DNA of 64,000 nucleotides. Origin: Bugula neritina (Eukaryota > Animalia > Bryozoa). A program made the position numbers and the translations under genes. The notes below the pieces were generated by a model. That model made no database searches. It was given only the letters and a program-made list of their open reading frames with translations, and was not told where the DNA came from. Location: assembly GCA_964035545.1 (NCBI GenBank), contig OZ037772.1, positions 7,548,889 to 7,612,888 of the forward strand. Reading direction: 5' to 3'. Positions 1-14,678 of the stretch are shown here, piece by piece (within the stretch, counting starts at the first letter, position 1; every line of letters begins with the position of its first letter).

Positions 1-488
<488 letters not shown>

Positions 489-618
489 GGCCGATAACAG
501 TTTCACTTACAACACTGCTGAAAAGTTTTAAAATTCCTACATTAAACTTTGAAATTGTATTCTCTATTTATATCAATATGAAACATACGTGAAAACTGAT
601 TATACTGAACTTTGCTAG

Positions 619-3600
619 ATATCAAGTGATGGAGAGGACTACTTGTTGATTGTGGTAAACACAACTGATGTACAAGAACCGAGACAGGATAAAGTACAAA
701 ACATACTCAGTGACATGGATTACTCTGATTACCACGGCAAACCTAAGGTATAATGTATTATTACTACAACCAAAACATGTAACTATGTTTCTCAAATTTC
801 AATGTCTTCATATAGTATAAAAATGATACTTCAAGCTTTCTGCTCTTATAGATAATTACAGCCATTGCAACAAAAATGTTATATTTATCTAATGTCATTA
901 TAAATATAAATTAACTCTCTTAACTCTTAAACATTTATATCATGCTTTAAATCAAACCAGCGTGTTTGTTAAAAAGCTTATACCAAAAATTTCAAGCTTA
1001 AAATCGTAATAATCTAGTTATAAATAAATTCATCTCCATATAGAAAACACACCTTTTAATTATGTAGCGGTGATTTTAATTTATAGGATTTACTCTGAAA
1101 ATAATATAACCTTTATTAAAATACTCTTTTACCAATGATGAGCTGTGTAATATAATCATTCATATAGTTTTTGTGTTAAGCTTGTATCACCTTTATTAGC
1201 AAATATTGACCTACTTTAAAATTATATTTTGTTGGCAAATTAGTCTCTTGTCTATTACAAAACTATAATTTTTTGCTCCAATTAGAAGTATAAATATATA
1301 TCAGTTGTTTTGATGTTTTCATATACACTGTTTAAAAACTTGTTTTAAATATAACCCGTATAATTGCATAGATAACTACATGTTCTAAAATAAGCGACTG
1401 AAGATCAGATGATTCTTTGTAAAGGGGTTTGTCATTCTGTCTTTATATTTATAGATAGCAGTTATACAAAGGTATGAAATGGAACCAGATCTGAACTTGA
1501 TACCACCAGGTCCTGACTATCTGATACTCTCAGTAAAATATAACACAGCTAAATACACAAGGTAATGCTATAAACTATTAATTAACTTATTCACTAGATG
1601 TGTTTAACTATTTTTGCATTTATCTTTTATACAACAAAATTCCAATAACTCTTTTCCTCAGAAATTCTGTACCAGACATGGGGAAGCATGGATCTATTCA
1701 TTCTCTGATTTCTGAGTTCAGCTGTGTTCCTGGTGTTAAGAAAGTGAGTGTCAACTCAACCCTAAACAAGAGATACATCAGAGACAATGATAAGTGTCTG
1801 GTAGATGATGGTGAAGAGAGAGAAACATCTGATGAAGACAGAAGTAAAACTAATGATGCTCAAAAGAGAAATGTTGATGGCAAAGAGAGTAGACCAGATG
1901 ACGGTTTTATATTTAGTAAATCAGTTGAGAACTTAGCACTTGAAAAAAAAATTGGAAAGGCATTTATTATATGCAACCAACATAAAGACTCAACGCATGG
2001 TAAACTTCGCTTGGAAGCCTTAAAAAACGCCATGAAAGCATTCGAGGAATATTTTGCTTTTGAGGTGATTTCCAATAACTGCTGATTTACTACAATTATT
2101 GAATAATAATGCTTGTATTATAACAACACAATAAAATTTTTTAGATACATTATACTTTTCGAAATAGTTTGGAATTCTAATAAATATTACTTAATTACAT
2201 TTTCAGAAAAGTATCGATCGTTGCAAATTTAGTTTTCTGCTTTACTAGTTTGTTTAATATTTATGTGTAACAAGCAGCTTCAGGGCTTATTAACTTGTGA
2301 TACTTCTGTATTCACATAGGTAGAAGTCAAGTATGACCTCTCTGCAGAAGAAATACTCAGCTCCATATCTGAGTTCTCCAGATCAGAAGGACATGGTCCA
2401 ATGGCTGCTTTAGCTATCCTCTCTCATGGATATCAGAGAAACATAATGGGAGCTGATAACCAATCACTGTGTTCTGTACAGGAAGTAGTTGATTCATTCA
2501 ACACTGGAAATATTCAGAAAATAAAAAAGGTTTAAACATTATGTTTTTATTTAAACTAAGAATTGTGACATCAATGCATGTTAAATGCATGAGTCGCTTT
2601 ATTTCTGGTTATAATAAATTCCATTTAAGAACAAACCACACTTTATATTGCGCTTGGAGATTTTTTCAAACTTGTCCAATTATCATCAAAACATTTATGT
2701 TACACTTTGCTTGTTTGTTCTCTAGATACCTTTTCTGTCTTAATGTTGCAGAGGTATTTTTCCTTGAATTCTATCTGTTTTGAAAATTATTTGGCAACAT
2801 TCTTCAGAAATGGAGTTGTCTGACCGAAATTGGAACAAAACATAAATATATACCTACATGGGACCTTTACAAACACTTGTATAATGTGATAATTATTTTA
2901 GCTCTTATTTCTGTCTTACTGCCGAGGAGGTATTCCCCCTCAGTACAACAGAACTCCACGCAACTTTGAATCTAGCTCTAATTTCCCATGGCCAGAGAAT
3001 GAGGTGTCAGTAATGTATCAACCTGTAAGAAGGGGTTTGGATGAAACTTTGAGAAGGCAGGAGTGGAGCAGACAACCAACTTTCCCACCATTAGATGTTC
3101 CTGTAGACTGCTACATTATGTTCTCAACTCTACCAGACAGCAAGTATGTAGAATCTGAACTGAACATTACCATAAAATGATACATTAATAATCCTATGTT
3201 TAGAATAATAAATGTCAATAGTTATTTTTTGATTAAATTTAAACAGTTGTACATTCGCATTTCGAAATTAAGATTTTTACCAATATCCTATATACTTAAC
3301 ATCACTAAATATAAATTTTTACTCACTTAATTTTAAAAGGCTATTAGTTGATTTTCAATAAAGATAAATTTTAAAAAGTGATGATATATCATACTAAATT
3401 TACATAAAATCCATAACTTCAAAATCCATCATCTCCTACAATGAATAGCTCTCTTGTTGCAGCCTCAGTTAGAATTAGTGAGGTGTAACTTCTATTTCTC
3501 ATTTGTCTCTTTGTAACACATTTGACAATAATTTACCAGGTCAAAGCCTGGACTGATGTTCAAATGTCTGTCAGAACATCTGAAAGATCTGACCAGTGAT

Positions 3601-3876
3601 TACAGAAGTAAACTATTGACACCTGCTACCAGCTCATCTGATGACATCACAGAACAAACAGACAGACAGACAACAACAAATGACTCTGTGTTATCAGATG
3701 AAAAAAGGAAAAAGCCAGTAATGATGGTAAACCTGCTGGATTTACTCACAGATGTAGCTGGAATAATGAGAGATACGTCCAGATCCACACAATATGCTAA
3801 CTTATGTTATACTGTTGATAGAAACAGTCAACCAATCTTCCTTGACATATTTAAGCCTAGCTCCAAGTCAAAATAG
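619..3876 (+). CDS. Caspase-like gene copy A, 3' six exons only (619-747, 1455-1561, 1662-2064, 2320-2529, 2902-3143, 3540-3876); 5' part outside the window
   Basis: All introns GT..AG and phases join into one open frame. Caspase (peptidase C14) motifs: GKAFIICNQ, FEV, AILSHG, KLLFLSYCRGG, DCYIMFSTLP. Exon sizes 129/107/210/242/337 nt are identical to copy B. Confidence 0.88.
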
Positions 3877-6800
3877 CATTCATAAATGAGTCACACCTAC
3901 TGATTCATAGGAGTTTCCTCATGTAATATAAATAGTGATAGCATTCATGTGATAGTAATCCTGCTTATAGCTGATAGTGACAGTACTTTACAAGTGATTG
4001 TGACATTCTACATGTTTACAGGAGATATTCTTTTATATTTTCCCACCAATTTATTTTAGTCCATTGTTTAAATGACGGTGTTTTCTTTAAGCAATAATGA
4101 CACTCTTCTATCCACTCTGACATATAAGCGACAGTTTTTAAATATCCAAAGCATTCTCTGAGTTCCAGAGTTACTACTACTGCTGTATGGTAATTCAGTT
4201 CATTGCAGGAATTTGATAGTATTTGCCAGTAGTCCACATACAACATAACCCACAGCTAGTTTAGTATAATTATCTTATTGTATTATTTATATATACACTG
4301 TCAACTTTGCCCTTTGCTAATTGACTCTGATTCATTTTTACATGTTGTTTACTGTATTATAATATATAATATTGCTTCACATAACTTAGTACACTTATAC
4401 TTATACTATTCCTTCAAAAGTTCGATTTGCAATGATTTTTAATGTTGAAAACAACCATTTATATAGAGTAGCTTAACTTCTATTACTCAGTTATGAAGTT
4501 ATTTAGTTTTGCACAATTCCATGAAAACTCTTTTTTCCAAAAAATAAATTTCCCATATTTGGATAGATATCGTGTGTTATACATAGGGAAAGCTTTTTCT
4601 TTCACAAGTTATGTTGCATCTATTTCTTTATTCTATCACTAAATATTTATGCTATAAATGAGTACGCTGGTTTCATCATATGCAGTACTATATCATGGCA
4701 TATCTGCATGTCAGATTTTGTCTCTTTACTAATAAATTATTTAACCTTCCTGCTTTTATTTAATAGACGATTCTTTTATTTTTGTATAATAATATGTTTC
4801 TTTAATCAAGCACTAATACGTAGACTTGGAAAATAAAACATAATATTTTCTTTATAACTTTGTTCTCTTTGATTGGTCAAATTAAGTAAACGTAACTCCT
4901 ATGTGTAACAGACTAATTTCTGCAAGTAGTCTATCATGTAGTCTATAGCTTACTGTTACACAAGTTAAATAAAATACACACAATGTGAGCATTTCATGTT
5001 GTGACAATGTAGACTTTCATATCCCTCCTCTCTGCGGTCTATTCCGTGTCTTCAAATGTAAAACATCTATAGGGTCAAAGTAGTTATAAAGAAACAGATT
5101 TCTTCATGTTTTGAATTGTCTTCTCTTATCAAGTGTTACTAATTATATAACAACCATAATATGGCAAAAATATGACAAGACATAATGACAAGGCTAAATA
5201 TAGACTGACATGTAAGATGCTCTGTTTATATGCCATCCTGTCTGTTATGCAGATCAATCAGATATCCATAACACATAATAGTCTGGTGCTTTCACAGCTA
5301 AGTCATGACTCACAACTAAATAGTAAGATGACATTCAAATGTGGGGCAACACTTTGCAACTCTGCTCCCTATTAACTACATGGTGTACATATGTTTGTTT
5401 CACTAGTAATGGTCTAAAATAAAGTTAGATAACTGGCAGCACACTGAATTATGCTATTGCTGTTGTACTATATAAAGAAAGTACATTGCTTTTTAAGAGT
5501 TTGAGCAGCCTAAGAATTTAAAAGGTATTTGAAACTTGAATCAATGGAGCCCAGGCATCTTGTGACAGTAAAGACCACAGAGTTAAAGTAGCATTTTTAT
5601 TCCAAATTGTAACACAATTCAGAAATTTTAACTGAAAAATATGATTATCATTTCAGCAAAACTGAGTTTTAAATTGACTTAAGAAACCACGCAGGTACAG
5701 TGTAAATCATGGTAAGAGAGAAAATGTTTTCACCAACGGACAATATATAAATATTTACTGCATGAAATAACATAAAATACTAGAGCTACATGCTCCACAG
5801 TCTAATCTAATTCAAGTATTGTGTTTTGAACAAAAACAACACCTAAGTAAACATGTGCAGTTATGAAACTATGCTTTGATTTCAATTTAGTTTCAGCTAT
5901 TCACTAACACAAAAGATTCAATGAGTTTTTAAGTTTCAAGATAATAATAAACATTAACAAAAAAATTGTTTTAAACAAATAGTTGAATAAAATCTAAGAT
6001 TAGTTTTGTGTATTCTATAAATTGAGCTTGAGGTGCGATGCATTCTATTGGTGCAAATTTTAAGCTCAGATGATATAATACTGAGTGTATTGAGCGGATA
6101 TTAGTGCCCTACACTAAGCGATTGTGAATGGACATTAACAGGTACTACTGCGTGTAGTGCTAAAACTGGCTGATTGTCTTCATATATACAGAGATATCTT
6201 CAGATGAATGCAGGGCTGTAACTATACACATCTTTAAAAGGTAAAGCATATTTCTATATATGAATATAAATGTGCTATACAGTATCAGATTGACAACCAA
6301 ATCTTAAAAGTTATAGTGGAATAAGTACATAATTATTATGTATATATTGTGTAGCTATAAATCTGTAAAAGTGCCACACAAATGAACGGTTGAAGATCTC
6401 CTAATGACTTTCTGTAGACTTAGATTATCCTTGCTGGTTCAAACTCGATCTTTGCAATAATTTTGGGGGATTATTTTCTGTGATCTCGTTGTTTTATATA
6501 CTTTTCCCTTCAGTGGTACATCTGAAATTAGCTGTTTACCTTAACTTGTAACAGCCTATAGGATTAAGGTAGTTATGCCATTTCTAGTTATTATTTCTCA
6601 CCATCCACCAGCTAGATCCTGGTCTTTCAACTCCTCATCAAAGTACAAAGTTGCAGGTGGCCCATGATTGGTTATGTACTATTTGATGCTTTCAACGCTT
6701 GATTATAAAGTTATTGCTTTCCTCTAAACTCTAGAGCATGTGAACACTTGCAGATACAATGTTATTTTATTATTTATCGACATTGAAATTGAAACAATAG

Positions 6801-7150
6801 GACATTATGGTAATGTTTTTTATACGGTTTTTTGGAACTCAAAATATTTGTGACAATGGATTAAATTTCATGATCGGTGAGTTACTATTTGGTGCTGTAA
6901 ATATTTATAATAGTTTTTGCTTTCCTCTATAGCTTGTGAAACTATTTATATACATAATAATTCTTTCAATGGCACTGAAAGGAAACAGTTACACGTATTT
7001 AGAATGTGTTTTAATAGAGTATTTCTTTTGATTTTTAACTCATATATTTCATTTGATGTCTAAGCTTACAAAAACACATGCACGCGCACACACACACAAG
7101 CACGCATGCACACACACGCGCACATGAACACACATGAGCGCACAGACACA

Positions 7151-7182
<32 letters not shown>

Positions 7183-7780
7183 CACAAAAACACACATGCA
7201 AACACACTCACCCATTGTTAATATCCAATGTCACAATGTCTTGTTTATGTCTCATATAAGAAATGGTGCTTGCAAAAACTTTTAAAAATTAACTATAATC
7301 CTTTATATCACTAGATCTATATTTTTAAGCAGTTTGGCTTAGCAAGTAGTTGCCTTTTGCACGAGGGTAATTTTGTCTCAGGAGTGCTGTGAAATATTTT
7401 AAGATATATGATATTTTGCGCTGTATAAAAGGAAATATTTCCCAGCATTTATTTGCAGATTCATAATACCAAACAAGAGTGCTACTAAGAAACAATTTAA
7501 AATATTAACTTTTTTCCTTAAATTTTTCTGCACTTTTTTATTTAAGTTATGAGGACTATCATATACTATTTCATGGCTGCCACACAGTAGCCATATGTAA
7601 CATGTCTAGTACTGCTAGCTTGGTGCATTTTTTTGACTTTCTCAGAAAGGGTTACCTGCAGTATTTTCTGTCTGTTTTGTTATTTTCATGGCTCTGTTGC
7701 TAGATGAACTCCATTTCTGCCTTTAGTTTAAATAGTGCCGTATTCTCACATTGGCTTTGTTGGACCATTTGTCAAGCAAT

Positions 7781-8170
7781 TATAGTATATCTACTAGCTG
7801 TATAGTATATCTACTGTATAATATATCTACTGTATAGTATATCTACTGTATAGTATATCTACTGTATAGTATATCTACTGTATAGTATATCTACTTTATA
7901 GTATATCTACTGTATAGTATATCTACTGTATAGTATATCTACTGTATAGTATATCTACTGTATAGTATATCTACTGTATAGTATATCTACTGTATAGTAT
8001 ATCTACTGTATAGTATATCTACTGTATATTATATTTACTGTATAGTATATCTACTGTATAGTATATCTACTGTATAGTATATCTACTGTATAGTATATCT
8101 ACTGTATAGTATATCTACTGTATATTAAATCTATTGTATAGTATATCTATTGTATAGTATACCTTATACT
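7781..8170. repeat. 16-bp minisatellite (TATAGTATATCTACTG)n
   Basis: More than 20 near-perfect tandem units visible. Confidence 0.95.
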
Positions 8171-9702
8171 GTGGCTATTAAGAATAGCTTTATGGTTGAA
8201 CACTTCTTGTTTATTTCAAACTTGCCCTGAGAGACCACTTAATGGCAAACTTCCAATCAACATAAATAAATATACTCTTTGAGTTGCTAAAGCTGACTGT
8301 CAACCATTCATGGCTCGGTGCCTCGACTAGCTACTGTGCTATTATATGCCATAGGCCTTGTCATTTTTTTATTTTCCTCAATTAATTATTTTTCGTTTGG
8401 GACAAAATAAAACAAAAAAACAAACAAACATATTCATTGCAGTTTCATAGCAACCTGTAAACAGTTCAGATACAAAAACATGCATTAAGTAAGAATCATA
8501 CATTGGCTTAGAGCCAAAAATAATGTTTAGTCTATTAATAGACGGGATATTTCTCTTAAGTTGTTGAACTCCAGAGGAGAATAGTTTGAAGGTTGAACAC
8601 TTTTTGTGTATTATGCATATTCATGGCAGTTTCATAGCAACCTGTAAACAGTTCAGATACAAAAACATGTGTTAAATAAGAATCATACATTATCTTAGAG
8701 CCAAAAATAAATGTTTTAGTAAGCTGTCCTAATAGTAGATAGGTTATTTCTCTTTAGAAGTTGACCCTTGAATTATGTTTCTCAACCTTAAGCAGCACCA
8801 TTATTATGATTCAACATATACTATGCTTTCCATAGCAACCAGTAAACAACACATAAATTAATCTTTTGGTGCATATTTTTAGAGCCAAGAAAAACAAAAA
8901 CATGTAGACATCATTGTATTGCTAAGAAGCTCTGCAGCTGAATGGAATTGATAAGAATCTGAAATGGACAACAAAGAAACCTAATTCACCATAAAGTAAG
9001 TTGCTTATGCTTCAGCAGTAAAATATTTTCCAAACAGGCAACAATTATTGTGTTTTGCTAGTTGTTTCTGAACAGTTTACATCTCAGATTGAAGTTGTCT
9101 GCCATATAATTGGCAAGGAGAATTTGTGCATAGAGCATGAACCTTAGCAAAATGTAAAAGCCATCATTGCAATACCGATGTGTTGTTATTGCACCACTAA
9201 CATAAAGCAGTACAAACTACTCTAACTATAGTTAGGTATAAGAAATTAAGCAGCTGTTGCAATTGTTGACAAAGTCTACTCATAGCGATTAAACTGTTGC
9301 CTTCAAAAATAGTAACATATCTTTATATCCATAACTGGGCTTTGTTCAAACCTAATATGCATTTGATTTGATTACAGTCGTGGTTGACCAAAGAGCACTG
9401 GTAATTTACCTAATCAAAGCCAAATAATTGAATAAACAAGTTTGATAGATGGCTGCAAGTAATTAGAGCATTTGCAAACATTCATGACAATCAAATCATA
9501 TTTGTATGGGATACAGATTAACCATCAATTAAGTTCTGTAATAAAAAGTAGAGAAGTGTTTGTTTTAGATAAATGTAGAATGATCCAATTATTAGACTAA
9601 ACAAAATTGCAAGTAGGCAACACACATGCCACCAACAGAGCAATATTATACAATAGCTTATACACTACATTTTGAGATAAATCTATGGTATTAACTATTC
9701 TA

Positions 9703-9914
9703 GAGACCAGCCGTGGTTCAGGGATTAGAGCGTTTGCCTAGTAAACCTGAAGTAATAGGTTTGAACCTTGTCAAAGGCCATTGGTGATGTTAGGAAGAGC
9801 ATCCAGTCATAATTGCTCCTGTGCCTCATTTAAATAAGTCCTTAGCCTGCTTTAACAAAAACCCTTTCTATCAGGGGTTTCTCACAGGGATAGTGACTAT
9901 AAACTTGCGTAAGT
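9703..9914 (+). mobile_element. tRNA-derived SINE (about 210 bp), copy 1
   Basis: A-box-like GTGGTTCAGGG and B-box-like GGTTTGAACC, then a shared body GATGTTAGGAAGAGCATCCAGTCATAATTGCTCCTGTGCCTC; 5 copies in the window. Confidence 0.8.
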
Positions 9915-10571
9915 GTATAGTATTAACTATTCTATGTGTATAATATATAATATATATAATGTATAACAGTATATCCTTTGAATAGTATGCTTATTTGAAT
10001 ATAAGATTGATAAAAAGCATGTAGCAAATGCAAGTAGTTTATTGGTTGAACACTATTTTATTATTATGCAGATTCATGGCAGTTTCATAGCAACCAGTAA
10101 ACAGTTCAGATACAAAACATGCATTAAGTAAGAATCATACATTGGCTTAGAGCCAAAAATAATGTTTAGTCTATTAATAGACGGGATATTTCTCTTTAGT
10201 TGTTGAACTTCAAATAATATTTTTTAACACTAGCCAGCACCATTCTTATCATTTGCATTACTTAGCAACCAGTAAACAACATATAAAAATCACATAACAT
10301 CCTTTATGTTGGTGCATTTTAAACAAAAACAACATTAGGTTAACATTTGCAGTTATGAAACTGTGCTTTGATTTCAATTCAGTATATCAGCTAGTGCTAA
10401 CCGTCAATGTGTATTGACTACTGAACACAAAAGATTCAATTAGTTTCTAAGTTTCAAGATAATGATAAACATTATTAAAAAAATGTTTTAAATAAACAAT
10501 CAACTAAAATCTGACATTTCTTTATTGCAATCTGTAAACTGAGTGCGTTTTATATATGCAAATGTTGAGCT

Positions 10572-10603
<32 letters not shown>

Positions 10604-10617
10604 CACACACACACACA

Positions 10618-10670
<53 letters not shown>

Positions 10671-10736
10671 GCACACGCGCACACACGCACACACGCACAC
10701 ACGCACGCACACACGCACACACGTACACACGCACAC

Positions 10737-11566
10737 GAATCCGCGACATTTCACAAATGACAATTCAAAAACACCTATTTCGAAAAAGACAATTCCCAAA
10801 TTGACAATTCCCAAATTGACAATTAATAAATTGACTTTTAGAAAAAAGACATTTCTAAAAATGACATTTCACAAATGATACAGCCCAGTCGGGTGTGAGC
10901 TCGACCGGGTCGAGAGTAAGTTCATATAAACGTGGGCAATTGCAGATTGGGACTGTTTGGTAGCTAACACTACTTCCGTGATAGCCTAACTCATACGGGT
11001 TTATATTTGTTGCTGAAAGCTTTAAATCTTGTCAAGTTCAAGTTGAAATAATTACTACTTATTTACTTTTACTTTTATACTTGTATTATTGCGTGATGTT
11101 ACTATGTACATTATATGTTATTTAACTTTATTAACTGTATTTCATAAGTTAAAACTGAAAAGTAAGAAGAAAATGAAATACGGTTAATAAAATTAAATAT
11201 CATATAATGTACATAGTAACATCACGCAATAATACAAGTATAAAAGTAAAAGTAAATAAGTAGTAATTATTTCAACTTGAACTTGACAAGATTTAAAGCT
11301 TTCAGCAACAAATATAAACCCGTATGAGTTAGGCTATCACGGAAGTAGTGTTAGCTACCAAACAGTCCCAATCTGCAATTGCCCACGTTTATATGAACTT
11401 ACTCTCGACCCGGTCGAGCTCACACCCGACTGGGCTGTATCATTTGTGAAATGTCATTTTTAGAAATGTCTTTTTTCTAAAAGTCAATTTATTAATTGTC
11501 AATTTGGGAATTGTCTTTTTCGAAATAGGTGTTTTTGAATTGACATTTGTGAAATGTCGTGTCACC
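10737..11566. mobile_element. Foldback/MITE-type non-autonomous DNA transposon, near-perfect 830-bp palindrome inserted in a (CA)n tract
   Basis: Arms about 10744-11145 and 11173-11559 are reverse complements; 15-bp subterminal tandem repeats (GACAATTCCCAAATT); flanked by CACGCACAC on both sides (possible 9-bp TSD, Mutator-like). Confidence 0.88.
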
Positions 11567-12804
11567 CACGCACACACCTACACCTACACACATACACACA
11601 TGCGCACATACACATATACACATAAATACACACACTCATGCACGCACACACATACATGCACATAAATAGACACAATACATATGCACATGCATACTCACAT
11701 GCATACATCTCGTCATATTCTGTCAATCGTGCAGTTTACATTTCCTATAGAAAACATTGCTTGCTTAAGATATTGTGGAAGTCTATACATCAGTAAATTT
11801 TATTATCAGGCAATAACTTATCAAGTTGTCATTTTTTGCAATAAAGTTTCTCTACTTTGATATGGTTTTTCACAAGAATTCTGTGACATAATTTAAGATA
11901 TGTTAGCTTTTTTAGCAATCAAAGGGAAATATTTTGCCAACAATTATTTGCTGAGTCATATAATTGATTAGTATTCCCTGATATGTAGAAAACACAGTAC
12001 TATCAAGTAGAAGAACTCTTTCTCGTTACATAACTATTCATGCTATGATGTAGGTGTGTTTTGTGGCAGATTTAACTCTGATAAAGTTTTTCTGAAATCA
12101 CTAATCAACCTATTTACTTGTTTTGTTAAAAAAAACAAATTGATGTTATTGAAAACTATAGCTGTAAACTTTTATTTGCTGATTTGGTGCTTTGAAACAA
12201 TGCCCGGTTTATTTTTAATGCTTTCTAATTAGAGTCACATACATGCTTCAGCTGTGAAGATTCAACAGTAAAAGTTGATCTTCCAAAGGAAAATAAAGGT
12301 CACTGGCAGCCATGTTTAACAGTTTTATTTTTAGCACAATAGATCAGTTGTAGGACTACTATACATAAGAAACAATTTAAAATACTGAATTTTTTTTTAA
12401 ATTGTGCTGCACTTCTTTTATTCAAGTTATGAGAGGTATCATGCCATTTCACGGCTACAACACAATATCTTTTATAGCCATATGTAATGTGCATTGTCTA
12501 GTAATGCTAGCTTTATGTAATCTTTTGACTTTCTCGGAAAGACTTAGCTGCAGTATTTTCTGTCTGTTTTTTAATTCTATGGCTCTATTGCTAGTTGTTC
12601 CATTTCTGCCTTTAGTTTAAGCAGTGCCATATTCTCACTTTGGTTTTGTTGGACCATTTGTCAAGCAATCTAATCAATTATCGTATACTACAATTATTTT
12701 ATGCATTTTACAAGCTATAATGACTATGAATTGTTATAGAACCAGTGAGTTGTTCTTTGGGATATAATATAGTGTGCCGATAAGTATAGTATACTATAAT
12801 ATAT

Positions 12805-13035
12805 GTATAGTATATCTACTGTATAGTATATCTACTGTATAGGATATCTACTGTATATTATATCTACTGTATAGTATATTTACTGTATAGTATATCTACT
12901 GTATAGTATATCTATTGTATAGTATATCTACTGTATATATAGTATATCTACTGTATAGTATATCTACTTTATAGTATATCTACTGTATATTATATCTATT
13001 GTATAGTATATCTACTGTATAGTATATCTTATACT
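12805..13035. repeat. Second, shorter array of the same 16-bp minisatellite, in the duplicated unit
   Basis: Same unit and same right flank (ATACTGTGGCTATTAAGAATAGC) as the 7781 array. Confidence 0.93.
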
Positions 13036-14615
13036 GTGGCTATTAAGAATAGCTTTATGTTGAACACTTCTTGTTTATTTTAAACTTGCCCTGAGAGACC
13101 ACTTAATGGCAAACTTCCAATCAACATAAATAAATAATACTCTTTGAGTTGCTAAAGCTGACTGTCAACCATTCACGGCTCGGTGCCTCGACTAGCTACT
13201 GTGCTATTATATGCCATAGGCCTTGTCATTTTTTTATTTTCCTCAATTAATTATTTTTCGTTTGCGACAAAATAAAACAAAAAAACAAACAAACATATTC
13301 ATTGCAGTTTCATAGCAACCTGTAAACAGTTCAGATACAAAAACATGTGTTAATTGTAAGAATCATACATTGGCTTGGAGCCAAAAATAATGTTTAGTCT
13401 ATTAATAGACGGGATATTTCTCTTAAGTTGTTGAACTCCAAATGAGAATAGTTTGAAGGTTGAACACTTTTTGTGTATTATGCATATACATGGCAGTTTC
13501 ATAGCTACCTGTAAATAGTTTAGATGTGAAAACATGTGTTGAGTAAGAATCATGCATTGGCACATAGCCAAAACAAATGTTTTGGTAAGCCGTCCTAATA
13601 GTAGATAGGTTATTTTTCTTTATAGGAGTTGAACTTTAAATTATGTTTCTCAACCTTAGGCAGCACCATTATTATAATTCAACATATACTATGTTTTCCA
13701 TAGCAACCAGTAAACAACACATAAAATCACATGTTGTTGCATATTTTTAGAGACAAGAAAAACAAAAACAAAGAAATTCTGCAGCTGATTGGGATTGATA
13801 AGAATCTGAAATGGACAACAGAGAAACCTAATTCACCATAAAGTAAGTTGCTTATCCTTCAGCAGTAATATATTTTCCAAACAGGCAACAATTATTGTGT
13901 TTTGCTAGTTGTTTCTGAACAGTTTACATCTCAGATTGAAGTTGTCTGCCATATAATTGGCAAGGAGAATTTGTGCATAGAGCATGAACCTTAGCAAAAT
14001 GTAAAAGCCATCATTGCAATACCGATGTGTTGTTATTGCACCACTAACATAAAGCAGTACAAACTACTCTAACTATAGTTAGATATAATAAATTGAGCAG
14101 TTATTACAATTGTTGACAAAGTCCACTCATAGCAATTAAACTGCTGCCTTCAAAAATAGTAACATATCTTTATATCTATAACTGGGCTTTGTTCAAACCT
14201 AATATGCATTTGATGTGATTACAGTCGTGGTTGACCAAAGAGCACTGGTTTACCTAATAAAAGCCAAATAATTGAATAAACAAGTTTGATGGATGCTGCA
14301 AGTAATTAGAGAAATTGCAAACCTTCGTGACAATAAAATTATATTTGTATGGTATATAGATTAACCATCAGTTGAGTTCTGTAATGATGAGTAGAGAAGT
14401 GTTTGTTGTAGATAAATGTAGAATGATTAAATTATTTTTACATGACCTTAAAGTAAGCAATTGCAAGTAGGCAACAAACATGCCACCCACAGAGCAATAT
14501 TATACAATAGTTCAAATCTATGGTATTAAGTATTCTGTGTGTATGATATATAATGTATATAATGTATAACAGTTTATCCTGTGAATTATAGTATATTTAT
14601 TTGAATATAAGATTG

Positions 14616-14618
<3 letters not shown>

Positions 14619-14677
<59 letters not shown>
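14619..14677. repeat. (TA)n microsatellite
   Basis: Directly visible. Confidence 0.95.

Positions 14678-14678
<1 letters not shown>

Noticed and set aside
2541-2783. ORF conserved in both caspase copies (also 27523-27741)
   Set aside because: Lies in the near-identical intron; conservation is explained by DNA-level identity and there is no protein-like motif.
7781-8170. CRISPR-like appearance of the regular repeats
   Set aside because: Head-to-tail 16-mers with no spacers, in a eukaryotic context.
10500-10878. HTHT/VCVC ORFs (also 33929-34135, 60095-60367)
   Set aside because: Microsatellite translations.
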